33,468 nt of DNA from Pseudomonadota bacterium (GTDB taxonomy: Bacteria; Pseudomonadota; Alphaproteobacteria; Caulobacterales; Hyphomonadaceae). Both the position numbers and the translations under genes were made by a program. Positions within the stretch are counted from its first letter, which is position 1, and every line of letters begins with the position of its first letter. The notes beneath the pieces are model-generated. The model had not been told where the DNA came from. It worked only from the letters and a program-made list of their open reading frames with translations, and made no database searches. Below, in pieces: positions 10,107 through 18,641 of this stretch. The stretch covers positions 1-33,468 of the forward strand of contig JBCBTR010000001.1 of assembly GCA_039818545.1 (NCBI GenBank), read 5' to 3'.

Positions 10107-10553
10107 ATGAAAATCGCAGTTTTGAGCCTTCTGGCATTGATGGCCGGGCATGCTTTTGCCCAGGAAACCGAAATTGTCGTTGTCCAGTCAGGCGACGCCG
10201 CTCATGAGTTCGTGGTCGAACTGGCCGACGAACCGGATGAGATCACCACAGGCTTCATGTTCCGTGAAACGCTCGAACCCGATGCCGGCATGCTGTTTGA
10301 CTTCGGCACGCCGCGTGAGGCGAACATGTGGATGCGCAACGTGACACTGCCGCTGGACATGCTCTTCATCGGTGAAGACGGTATCGTCGTCGCGATTGCG
10401 CGCAACGCGGTGCCGGGATCTGAGAGGCGTATCAATCCGGGCGTGCCGGTCAAAGGCGTGCTTGAGCTGAATGGCGGTCGCGCGGCTGAATTGGGCATTG
10501 AGCCGGGTGCCACGGTCGATCATCCGATATTTGCGACCTCGGATGACGAGTAG
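10107..10553 (+). CDS. DUF192-family exported protein
   Basis: 148 aa. Signal peptide MKIAVLSLLALMAGHAFAQE. GMLFDFG...MWMRNVTLPLDMLFI matches my recollection of DUF192. Confidence 0.75.
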   Translation: MKIAVLSLLALMAGHAFAQETEIVVVQSGDAAHEFVVELADEPDEITTGFMFRETLEPDAGMLFDFGTPREANMWMRNVTLPLDMLFIGEDGIVVAIARNAVPGSERRINPGVPVKGVLELNGGRAAELGIEPGATVDHPIFATSDDE

Positions 10554-10971
10554 CGCAGACGCTACACCGCCGGCCGGATTTGAGCTTTCTTCCTCCCGAG
10601 GCCCGTTCACCCTGCATAACGGGCCTGTTTATCGAGCGACCGGTAAAGACGATCTGAGATCCGGTCTGATCGTCCTCGACCGCCACTGCAACAGCATGGG
10701 CTTCCTGCATGGGGGCATGGCTTCCGCCTTTGCCGACGGCGCACTGGCCTGGGCGGTCTGGCATGAAGCCCGGTCCATGTCGGTTACGCTGAAACTCACG
10801 ATGAGCTTTCTCGATATCGTTCCCGAGGGAGCCTGGCTGGAAGCGCGACCGCGCGTTTCTGCCGCGCGAGATGACGTTGTTCATGTAAGCGCGGACATGA
10901 TGCGAGACGGTCGGCGGCCGTGCGGACGGGCCGATGCCGTGTTCAGATTGATCCGGCGAAAGCCGAAGTAG
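10543..10971 (+). CDS. PaaI/4HBT-type hotdog-fold thioesterase
   Basis: Contains MGFLHGGMASAFADGALAWAV and the overall size of a hotdog thioesterase. The ATG at 10543 overlaps the DUF192 stop by 11 nt. The longer track ORF (10471) would lie inside the upstream gene. Confidence 0.7.
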   Translation: MTSSADATPPAGFELSSSRGPFTLHNGPVYRATGKDDLRSGLIVLDRHCNSMGFLHGGMASAFADGALAWAVWHEARSMSVTLKLTMSFLDIVPEGAWLEARPRVSAARDDVVHVSADMMRDGRRPCGRADAVFRLIRRKPK

Positions 10972-11050
10972 GGCCCGCAGACCTAATTGTCGCTGCCGAC
11001 AAGCGGAAAAAGGGGTTGTCTTGCCCGTTTTCGCCATTAGTACGGGACTC

Positions 11051-11127
<77 letters not shown>

Positions 11128-11143
11128 TTTTCACGAGGCGACC

Positions 11144-11449
11144 ATGGACGCACGCATTTACCGCCCCCGCAAAAGCGCCATGCAGGCCGGGCGCGCGAAA
11201 TCCGGCGGTTGGGTTCTGGAACTCCTCAACAAAGGCCGGCGCACCTCCGATCCCCTTATGGGCTGGACCAGTATTTCCGATACGAGTTCACAGGTTCGCA
11301 TGGCCTTCGAGAGCCGCGACGCGGCAATCGCATATGCCAAGCGCGAAGGCCTGACCTTCACAGTCGATGAGGCGCGCGAGACCAAGCGTCTGGTGAAGTC
11401 CTACAGCGAAAACTTCTCCGCCGATCGGAAGCAGCCCTGGACGCACTGA
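11144..11449 (+). CDS. ETC complex I subunit conserved-region protein (NDUFS4-like)
   Basis: 101 aa. ARIYRPRKSAMQAGRAKSGGWVLE...DPLMGWTS...QVRMAFESRDAAIAYAKREGL matches the bacterial NDUFS4-like family as I know it. The start is set at the first ATG after tRNA-Pro. Confidence 0.8.
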   Translation: MDARIYRPRKSAMQAGRAKSGGWVLELLNKGRRTSDPLMGWTSISDTSSQVRMAFESRDAAIAYAKREGLTFTVDEARETKRLVKSYSENFSADRKQPWTH

Positions 11450-11476
11450 CCGCGCCCTTGAAAAGGCGTGTCATGG

Positions 11477-11553
11477 GGCCCCTTAGCTCAACTGGATAGA
11501 GCACCGGACTTCTAATCCGACGGTTGCAGGTTCAAGTCCTGCAGGGGTCGCCA
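11477..11553 (+). tRNA. tRNA-Arg (anticodon UCU)
   Basis: 77-nt cloverleaf. Acceptor GGCCCCT/AGGGGTC (one G-U pair), D-arm GCTC-AACTGGATA-GAGC, anticodon loop CTTCTAA, T-arm GCAGG-TTCAAGT-CCTGC, encoded CCA. Confidence 0.88.
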
Positions 11554-11562
11554 GCGGCCGGC

Positions 11563-12717
11563 CTATTCAGACAAATGCGCGAAGGCCTGATCCAGCTCGG
11601 AAATCAGATCATCGGTATCTTCCAGACCGATATGCAGCCGCAGAAGCGGCCCGGGCATCTGCGACGTCCAATCTGTATCCAGTCGGGTTAATTGCTCATC
11701 ACAGGGGATCAGCAGGCTTTCGAAGCCGCCCCATGAGAAGCCGAGCCGAAAGAGCGAGAGCGACCCAATCATCGCATCGACCGACGCCTTGCTGCAGGGC
11801 TTTAGGACGACGCCGAACAAACCATTCGAGCCCGAAAAGTCACGCTGCCAGATCTCATAATCAGGATGCGACGGCAGGGCAGGGTTCAGGACTTCATGCA
11901 CTTTGTCGTGCCCCTGAAGCCATTCTGAAACGGTCAGGCCCGCGCGCTCATGCGCCTTCAGACGCGTGGGCAACGTCCTCAAGCCCCGAAGCGCGGTGTA
12001 GGCGTCTTCCGGTCCGAGGGAGAGCCCCCAGTCTTCAGCTGTCGCATTGATCCGGGCCGCAAGGCCCTTATTGCTGGTCAGAACAACACCGCCAAAGGCA
12101 TCGGCATGGCCGACCGGGTACTTGGTCAAGGCCTGCACGGAGATATCCACACCGAGATCCAGCGGGCGGTGGTGGACGCCAGCGCCCCAGGTGTTGTCCA
12201 ACACAGTGTTCAGGCGGCGTTCCTTAGCCAGCTTCACGATCGCCGGCGTGTCAGACACCTCGAATGTCAGCGATCCGGGGACTTCAAGAAGTATCGCGGT
12301 GGTGTTGTCCTGTACCAGCCCATCAATCTCGCCGGATGCACGCGGGGCGAAACGCGTGGACGTGACCCCCATGTTTGCCAGACGACGTTCGCAGAACCTT
12401 CGCGTCGGGCCGTAGAGACTGTCGGATATCAGAATATGATCGCCGGACCGGACAATGCTGGCAATTGCCATGGCGCAGGCTGTCAGGCCGGACGGTGCAA
12501 GTTGCGCGAAGTCAGCCCCCTCGACCAGACAGAGCGCCTCTTCAAGTTCGCGGTGCACCTGCAGGCCGAGCCGTCCATAGGTCGGTTTCGGCCCGTAGAG
12601 GGCCTCTTCAGTATCGAACAGGACCGTCGACGCGCGTTCGATGGGCGGGTTGACCGTCCGCCGCCTGGGTTTGCCGGGCAGGTGTATCAGCGACGTGGGC
12701 AGTTTCCGGTCCGTCAC
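11563..12717 (-). CDS. metC: Cystathionine beta-lyase (Cys/Met-metabolism PLP enzyme)
   Basis: Contains VNPPIERASTVLF and the PLP-lysine region SVQALTKYPVGHAD. I prefer the GTG start at 12717 because it forms a GTGA overlap with the sseA stop. The track ORF start at 12759 would overlap sseA by 46 nt. Confidence 0.85.
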   Translation of the reverse strand: MTDRKLPTSLIHLPGKPRRRTVNPPIERASTVLFDTEEALYGPKPTYGRLGLQVHRELEEALCLVEGADFAQLAPSGLTACAMAIASIVRSGDHILISDSLYGPTRRFCERRLANMGVTSTRFAPRASGEIDGLVQDNTTAILLEVPGSLTFEVSDTPAIVKLAKERRLNTVLDNTWGAGVHHRPLDLGVDISVQALTKYPVGHADAFGGVVLTSNKGLAARINATAEDWGLSLGPEDAYTALRGLRTLPTRLKAHERAGLTVSEWLQGHDKVHEVLNPALPSHPDYEIWQRDFSGSNGLFGVVLKPCSKASVDAMIGSLSLFRLGFSWGGFESLLIPCDEQLTRLDTDWTSQMPGPLLRLHIGLEDTDDLISELDQAFAHLSE

Positions 12718-13550
12718 CCTGCATCCGTCGCAATTGGCAGGTCGGCGTTGGCACCCCATTCAGACCATGAGCCGTCATAGACGGACGCATTGTAGTTACC
12801 GATCCGAGCCAGAGCGAGTGCAATGACAGCCGCAGACACGCCTGACCCGCACGTGCAGATCACCGGCTCTTCTCCGTTTGGGAGGACCTCTTTCAGGGCC
12901 TCTGCGGACTTCATCTTCCCGTCTGCGCCCATCAACGAGTCTGACGGCACACTCGTACTGCCCGGGATGTGGCCAGATCGCAGGTCAGCGCGTGGTTCGG
13001 GTGCCCGCCCGTAAAAACGGTCAGCCGGGCGTGCATCGAGAACCGGCATTCCGTTGGCGTCGAGAACCTGTTCAGCCGTCTTTATGAGGTCAGCGCGTAC
13101 GCGTGGCGTAAAATGCCGTTCGACCGCCACAGGAGGCAGGTCTTCGAGCGCTCCGCCGGCGTCCGTCCATGCGGCGAGGCCGCCATCAAGCACTTTCACA
13201 TCGGCATGTCCCATGACACGGAGCATCCACCACGCCCGTGCCGAGGCGAAGAAATTGTTGGAGTCGTAAACAACGATCCGATTACCATCCCCTATGCCGA
13301 GCTTACGAGCCCGCGAGGCGAACAGAACCGAGTCCGGCATCATGTGCGGAAGGTCGGTCTTGCTATCAGCGATCTCGTCGATGTCGAAAAACGCTGCGCC
13401 CGGAATGTGTGCCGCCTCATAGGAACTGCGACCCGTTCGGTCCGCGTTCGCGAAGGCGGGTATCCAGGTTGCGTCAAGCACACGGACGTCAGGGGCGCTA
13501 ATGTTCTCAAGCAACCAGGACGCAGATACCAGTGGATCGCCAGTTTCCAT
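12714..13550 (-). CDS. sseA: 3-mercaptopyruvate sulfurtransferase (tandem rhodanese)
   Basis: Active-site loop CTCGSGVSA and two rhodanese halves. The start is trimmed to the ATG at 13550 (METGDPLVSASWL), which has a GGAGA SD and lies 2 nt after the upstream stop. The longer ORF would overlap the upstream gene by 184 nt. Confidence 0.85.
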   Translation of the reverse strand: METGDPLVSASWLLENISAPDVRVLDATWIPAFANADRTGRSSYEAAHIPGAAFFDIDEIADSKTDLPHMMPDSVLFASRARKLGIGDGNRIVVYDSNNFFASARAWWMLRVMGHADVKVLDGGLAAWTDAGGALEDLPPVAVERHFTPRVRADLIKTAEQVLDANGMPVLDARPADRFYGRAPEPRADLRSGHIPGSTSVPSDSLMGADGKMKSAEALKEVLPNGEEPVICTCGSGVSAAVIALALARIGNYNASVYDGSWSEWGANADLPIATDAG

Positions 13551-13552
13551 GC

Positions 13553-14557
13553 CTAGGTCTCCATCCATGGGGGTGTTGGCAAATCTTTGCTCCTCAGAAA
13601 ATCTGGATTGTAGAGTTTGGACTGATAGCGGTTTCCGTAATCGCAGAGCACGGTCACGATCGTATGGCCGGGGCCCATCTCCTTCGCCATCCGAACCGCG
13701 CCGGCGAGGTTGATGCCGGCAGATCCACCAAGGCAAAGGCCTTCTTCAAGCACGAGATCATACAGAATTTTCAGGGCTTCTTCGTCCGTACAGCGATAGG
13801 CGTAATCAACGGAGAGGCCTTCAAGGTTACCCGTAATCCGGGACTGACCGATGCCCTCCGTGATCGAGGTGCCTTCGGCTTTGAGCTCGCCCTCAGCATA
13901 GTAGCCATACAGAGCAGCACCGCCCGGATCGGCAATCCCGATTTTCACATCCTTGTTGCGCTCCCTGAGCGCCATCGCCACCCCGGCGAGCGTGCCGCCA
14001 GACCCGACAGCGCAAATGAAGCCATCCACTTTCCCGTCGGTCTGCTCGAAGATTTCAGGACCGGTCGCCCCAAAATGCGCGTCCCGATTGGCGGTGTTAT
14101 CGAACTGGTTCGCCCAGATCGCCCCGCTCGGTTCGCTCTTTGCGAGCTCTTCCGCAAGCGTTCCTGAGTAGCGCGCATAGTGATTGGGGTTCGCGTAGGG
14201 GACCGCATCGACCTCGATGAGCTTCGCACCGAGTATCCGGATCGCGTCCTTCTTTTCCTGAGACTGGGTGCGCGGAAAGACGATCACCGTCCTGTAACCA
14301 AGCGCGTTGCCGACGAGCGCCAGTCCGATACCTGTATTGCCAGCTGTGCCTTCGACGATCGTGCCGCCGGGCTGGAGGCTGCCATCGGCCTCCGCGCTTC
14401 GGATGATGCCAAGCGCTGCGCGATCCTTCACAGACTGGCCCGGGTTCAGAAACTCCGCTTTTCCGAGGATCTCGCAACCGGTCTCGTCAGAAAGCCGATT
14501 CAGGCGAATGAGCGGCGTGTTGCCGATGGCGTCCACGACGGACGGAAAAAACTGCAT
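13553..14557 (-). CDS. Cysteine synthase / cystathionine beta-synthase family PLP enzyme (catalytic core only)
   Basis: 334 aa. PLP-lysine motif NPGQSVKDR, with GTAGNTG and AVGSGGT loops. No CBS-pair or heme domain. Confidence 0.85.
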   Translation of the reverse strand: MQFFPSVVDAIGNTPLIRLNRLSDETGCEILGKAEFLNPGQSVKDRAALGIIRSAEADGSLQPGGTIVEGTAGNTGIGLALVGNALGYRTVIVFPRTQSQEKKDAIRILGAKLIEVDAVPYANPNHYARYSGTLAEELAKSEPSGAIWANQFDNTANRDAHFGATGPEIFEQTDGKVDGFICAVGSGGTLAGVAMALRERNKDVKIGIADPGGAALYGYYAEGELKAEGTSITEGIGQSRITGNLEGLSVDYAYRCTDEEALKILYDLVLEEGLCLGGSAGINLAGAVRMAKEMGPGHTIVTVLCDYGNRYQSKLYNPDFLRSKDLPTPPWMET

Positions 14558-14620
14558 GGATCACCTGTGTAGACTGCCTCAAAGCTAGGCACCGCCGCTG
14601 TGAAAGACAACCACCCGAAG

Positions 14621-14646
14621 TGATCCGATACGCTGTGTCTCACGTA
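14621..14646 (+). promoter_or_regulatory. Candidate ECF sigma-E (ChrR-group) promoter, TGATCC-N16-CGTA
   Basis: TGATCC at 14621-14626, a 16-nt spacer, then CGTA at 14643-14646, which ends 31 nt upstream of the GTG start at 14678. The same architecture occurs on the minus strand at 22268-22243. Confidence 0.6.
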
Positions 14647-14677
14647 ATGAGGGCAGATAATCGCAGGGCTATGCAAA

Positions 14678-15226
14678 GTGTTTAAAGACCCAACCTACGA
14701 CGCCTTCATGCTCGACCACGCTTCGCGGTCGTTATCACCGGGGTTGAACGTCCTCGCCGACGCGCATTTGGCGTTAAACGAGGCCGGCCGGGACCGCAGC
14801 GACATCTGGGCCGCTATTGGCGGCGTGCTGCTGGAGAATGTCGATGGTTCGCCTCATGCAAGCCGCTTCCAACGGCAGGCCATGCCGTACCGAACGGACG
14901 AGACAAGCGCATCCATTCTGGACGCGAATCTAGACGACCTGCCTTGGAAAACAGGGTTTTCGGGCGTTGAGTACGCCCGCGGACGCACGCCGCACACCAA
15001 GTTTATGCGTCTCGATGCCGGCAAGTCCGCTCCAAAACACCGCCACAGCGCGCTTGAGGCAACGCTTGTCCTGAAGGGTACACTGTCGGACGGCGAGCAT
15101 ACCTATGAGGTGGGGGAGATTGCATTCGGCGTGCCCGGCGAGGTGCACAAACCGATGGCCGTGGGGAACGAAACCTGTGTCTGCTTCGTTGCACAAGACA
15201 GGAAACCATTCTGGAGATTGAGCTAA
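14678..15226 (+). CDS. ChrR-like anti-sigma/cupin protein lacking the zinc-binding HxxxCxxC motif
   Basis: 182 aa with a GTG start. The N-terminal region aligns without gaps to my recollection of the ChrR anti-sigma domain, with AHLALNEAG in place of H-x3-C-x2-C. The C-terminal cupin motif is G-KSAPK-H-R-H-SAL-E-ATLVLK-G. Confidence 0.7.
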   Translation: MFKDPTYDAFMLDHASRSLSPGLNVLADAHLALNEAGRDRSDIWAAIGGVLLENVDGSPHASRFQRQAMPYRTDETSASILDANLDDLPWKTGFSGVEYARGRTPHTKFMRLDAGKSAPKHRHSALEATLVLKGTLSDGEHTYEVGEIAFGVPGEVHKPMAVGNETCVCFVAQDRKPFWRLS

Positions 15227-15894
15227 TGAGATATCTCGCATCCATCGCTTTTGCTGCCGCCATCGCCCAGACGGCCGTCGCGGATAGCGCGCCGGCACCC
15301 GACCCATGGACTCCAAGCGCTGGCGACCAAATCTCCTTCGAAGTGCTCCGCAAAGGCAAACCCTTCGGCGATCACGTTCTCAGCTTTGACAAAGCCGAGG
15401 ACGGCACATTGCAGGTTACGACCGATGTGGACCTGAAGGCCGGCCTCGGACCGATCACCGTTTTCCGATATTCGCTGGACAGCACCGAGACGTGGCAGGA
15501 CGGCAAACTGGTCTCATTGTCTGGCCAGACCAATGACGATGGGGACAAAACCCGCGTCACGGCCGAACTGGATGGCGATGCATTGTCGGTCGACGGAACG
15601 GCATACTCGGGCGATGCCCCGACAGACATCATTCCGTCGAGCCATTGGAACATCAAACAGATGTATGGCGACGTGATGCTGTCCACCGAAGATGGCGAGT
15701 TGCTCGACATTACAGTTGAACAGATCGGCCGCGAGAATGTTTCAATCGGTGATCAGTCGATCCCGGCGGACCACTACCGTCTGACGTCCGATATTACCGT
15801 AGACCTCTGGTATGATGATGCGGGTCGATGGGTGAAACTCGCCTTCGAAGCACGCGGACAGACGATCGAGTATCGGCTCCGCCAGCTCTACTAG
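15226..15894 (+). CDS. Exported protein of unknown function
   Basis: 222 aa. Signal peptide MRYLASIAFAAAIAQTAVA|D and a beta-rich, acidic sequence. Its start overlaps the upstream stop (TAATG) and its stop abuts the next ATG (TAGATG). Confidence 0.65.
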   Translation: MRYLASIAFAAAIAQTAVADSAPAPDPWTPSAGDQISFEVLRKGKPFGDHVLSFDKAEDGTLQVTTDVDLKAGLGPITVFRYSLDSTETWQDGKLVSLSGQTNDDGDKTRVTAELDGDALSVDGTAYSGDAPTDIIPSSHWNIKQMYGDVMLSTEDGELLDITVEQIGRENVSIGDQSIPADHYRLTSDITVDLWYDDAGRWVKLAFEARGQTIEYRLRQLY

Positions 15895-17424
15895 ATGGCG
15901 ACGTTACGACTGGTCCTTGGCGACCAGCTATCGATGAACCTCTCCAGCCTGTCGGATATCGACAAGCAAGCCGACCTGATTGTGATGGCGGAGGTGTCGG
16001 AAGAGGCCACCTACGTCCGACATCACAAGAAGAAGATCGCCTTCCTGTTCGCCGCCATGCGTCAGCACGCCAAGGCTCTCAGGGATGAAGGCTACAACGT
16101 CCGCTACCAGAAGATCACCGACGACAATCCGGCCGATAGTTTGAGGGCCGTCGTTGAACGGTGTCTGGCTGACTCAGCTGAATATGAACGTGTGGTGGTG
16201 ACCAAGCCCGGCGAATGGCGGCTGCTTGAAGAGATGATGTCCTGGTGCGAGGCGTTCGACTGCGAGGTCGAGCTTCGGGACGATGATCGTTTCCTCTGTT
16301 CCGAAGAGATGTTCAACGAGTGGGCCGACGGGCGGAAAGAACTCCGAATGGAGTACTTCTACCGGGAGATACGGCGAAAGACCGACCTCCTGATGGAAGG
16401 CGACAAGCCCGCCGGCGGCGAGTGGAACTACGATCAGGAGAACAGGAAGAAACTCCCCAAGTCCAAGTCTACACCCTCAAGATGGTTCACCAGCCCCGAC
16501 GACATCGACAAGGACGCGCTCGCCGATGTCGCCGATCGCTTCGACAATCACTTTGGCGATCTCGAAGGCTTCTCCTTCGCAACCACGCGTGAGGGCGCAG
16601 AAGAAGCCCGCGATCATTTCATGGAGAACATCCTTCCCGGCTTCGGGGACTATCAGGACGCCATGGCGATGGACGAGCCATGGATGTGGCACTCAATCCT
16701 GTCGATTTACCTGAATTGCGGCTTGCTGGAGCCGCTCGATCTTTGTCAGCGCGCTGAGAAGGAGTGGAAGAAGGATCGTGCCCCGCTCAACGCTGTCGAG
16801 GGCTTCATCCGGCAGATCATTGGCTGGCGGGAATACGTCCGGGGCGTCTACTGGCTGAAGATGCCGGACTACAAAGACACCAACGCACTGAAGGCCTCAC
16901 GCGACTTGCCCGATTTCTACTGGACCGGCGAGACGGACATGACATGCCTCTCGCAGGCCGTCCGGCAGACGCGCGACAATGCTTATGCACATCACATTCA
17001 AAGGCTGATGATCACTGGCAACTTCGCGCTCATCGCAGGCGTGCATCCCGACCACGTCAATGAGTGGTATCTGGCCGTCTATGCGGATGCCTATGAATGG
17101 GTCGAACTGCCAAACACGCATGGGATGGCGATCTACGCAGATGGCGGTGTCGTGGCGTCGAAGCCCTACGCCTCAAGCGGGGCCTACATCAATCGGATGT
17201 CTGACTACTGCTCGAACTGCGCCTATGATGTTCGCAAGAAGACGGGCGAGGGGGCCTGCCCGTTCAATTATCTATACTGGGACTTCATCGCCCGGAACGA
17301 AGATCAGCTCCGATCGAATGGCCGCATGGGCCTCATCTACTCAAATCTCGACAAGAAGAACGATGACGAACGAGAGGAGATCAGCGCAAGCGCCGAAACT
17401 TTTCTCAAATCGATCGGGATCTAG
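15895..17424 (+). CDS. FeS-cluster bacterial cryptochrome/(6-4) photolyase family protein (CryB/PhrB-like)
   Basis: 509 aa. N-terminus LRLVLGDQL...YVRHHKKKIAFLFAAMRQHA is typical of the photolyase-related COG3046 family. Four Cys have the PhrB-like spacing: C in DMTCLSQ, then C-x2-C-x12-C in YCSNCAYDVRKKTGEGAC. Confidence 0.88.
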   Translation: MATLRLVLGDQLSMNLSSLSDIDKQADLIVMAEVSEEATYVRHHKKKIAFLFAAMRQHAKALRDEGYNVRYQKITDDNPADSLRAVVERCLADSAEYERVVVTKPGEWRLLEEMMSWCEAFDCEVELRDDDRFLCSEEMFNEWADGRKELRMEYFYREIRRKTDLLMEGDKPAGGEWNYDQENRKKLPKSKSTPSRWFTSPDDIDKDALADVADRFDNHFGDLEGFSFATTREGAEEARDHFMENILPGFGDYQDAMAMDEPWMWHSILSIYLNCGLLEPLDLCQRAEKEWKKDRAPLNAVEGFIRQIIGWREYVRGVYWLKMPDYKDTNALKASRDLPDFYWTGETDMTCLSQAVRQTRDNAYAHHIQRLMITGNFALIAGVHPDHVNEWYLAVYADAYEWVELPNTHGMAIYADGGVVASKPYASSGAYINRMSDYCSNCAYDVRKKTGEGACPFNYLYWDFIARNEDQLRSNGRMGLIYSNLDKKNDDEREEISASAETFLKSIGI

Positions 17425-18641
17425 GCTTTCGCCAGCTGGAACTGACCGACATTGATCCGCCCATCCAGAAAGCCAGCCTCGCAATAGCTCAGATAGAAGT
17501 TCCACATCTGCTTGAACGCGAAGTCGAAGCCGAGCCCTTCCAGACGGTCCCATTTGTCATTGAATGAGCGCCGCCATTCCGCGCAGGTGCGCGCATAATC
17601 CTGACCGAACAAGCTCGCGCCATCATAGCGCAGGCCAGCCGCCGCGACCTGATCCTTCAATGCCGCTTCGCTGGGCAACATTCCGCCCGGAAAGATGTAG
17701 CGCTGGATAAAGTCCGCACGCTTGCGGTAGCGAGGGAACAACTTGTCATCAATGGTAATGATCTGGAGCGCCGCCCGGCCTCCGTCTTTCAGGACTTCCG
17801 CGACCTTTGCGAAGTAACTCGGCCAGTAACGTTCCCCGACCGCCTCAAACATCTCGATGGAAGCAACCCCGTCATAAGACCCGGTATGATCACGATAGTC
17901 CTCAAGCCGGATCTCAACCTGATCGTTCAGGCCCTGTTCGAACATTCTCTTCTGCGCGTACTCACGTTGCGAAGGGGAGATCGTCAGGCAGGTCACTTTG
18001 GAGCCGCGCTCCTTGGCGGCATATTCGGCAAAGCCGCCCCAGCCGCATCCGATCTCCAGAATATTGCTTCCCGGTCCCGCCGATATTCCATCGCAGATAC
18101 CGGCATATTTGGACTGCTGGCCTTGTTCGAGCGACTGATTGGGGTTGTCGAACCGCGCGGATGAGTAGGTCATGCTGGGGTCCAGCCACGAGGCGTAGAA
18201 CTCGTTCCCAAGGTCATAATGGGCCGTGATGTTCCGCCGTGCACCGCTCTTGCTGTTCCGGTTGAACATATGACGCAACAGGTTCATCGCACGGACGAGC
18301 GCGCCGCCAACGGCGAGCTGTCCCGCAGCTTCAAAGTTCGCCGAGAAGAACCGCAATACGGTCGTGAGATCCGGTGTTTCCCACTCGCCATCCATGTAGG
18401 ACTCGGCAAAGCCGACATCGCCGCCCGCCATGGCGCGCTTGGCGACCGCGTAGTCGAGGAATGTCAGCTTTGCATGCGGACCATTGACGCCATGATCAAA
18501 GAGCACCACGCGCTGGTCCGGCAGGGTGACCTCGAGTGATCCGCGTCGCGCGCGCAGCAGAGCCAGAGCGGCAAGCTTGAAGCTGGTGGGGACATCGTCC
18601 AGTTGTCGGATCGTCCTGGTGTTCGCAATGATGACGCTCAT
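17421..18641 (-). CDS. Cyclopropane-fatty-acyl-phospholipid synthase-like SAM-dependent methyltransferase
   Basis: 406 aa. SAM motif ILEIGCGWGGFAEYAA and the CMAS-family C-terminus (YLSYCEAGF). A 4-nt overlap with the upstream DUF1365 gene. Confidence 0.88.
   Translation of the reverse strand: MSVIIANTRTIRQLDDVPTSFKLAALALLRARRGSLEVTLPDQRVVLFDHGVNGPHAKLTFLDYAVAKRAMAGGDVGFAESYMDGEWETPDLTTVLRFFSANFEAAGQLAVGGALVRAMNLLRHMFNRNSKSGARRNITAHYDLGNEFYASWLDPSMTYSSARFDNPNQSLEQGQQSKYAGICDGISAGPGSNILEIGCGWGGFAEYAAKERGSKVTCLTISPSQREYAQKRMFEQGLNDQVEIRLEDYRDHTGSYDGVASIEMFEAVGERYWPSYFAKVAEVLKDGGRAALQIITIDDKLFPRYRKRADFIQRYIFPGGMLPSEAALKDQVAAAGLRYDGASLFGQDYARTCAEWRRSFNDKWDRLEGLGFDFAFKQMWNFYLSYCEAGFLDGRINVGQFQLAKA

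Noticed and set aside
13551-13736. The long form of the sseA ORF, starting at 13736.
   Set aside because: It would overlap the upstream CysK/CBS-like gene by 184 nt in another frame. Rhodanese homology begins at METGDPLVSASWL (ATG 13550), which has its own SD.
14559-14564. A third TGATCC (minus strand) at the start codon of the CysK/CBS-like gene, considered as a possible divergent sigma-E promoter.
   Set aside because: The sequence 16-18 nt downstream is CCGT/CGTG rather than CGTA, and it would lie inside the coding region. The hexamer is better explained as part of the AGGTGATCC-ATG ribosome-binding context.
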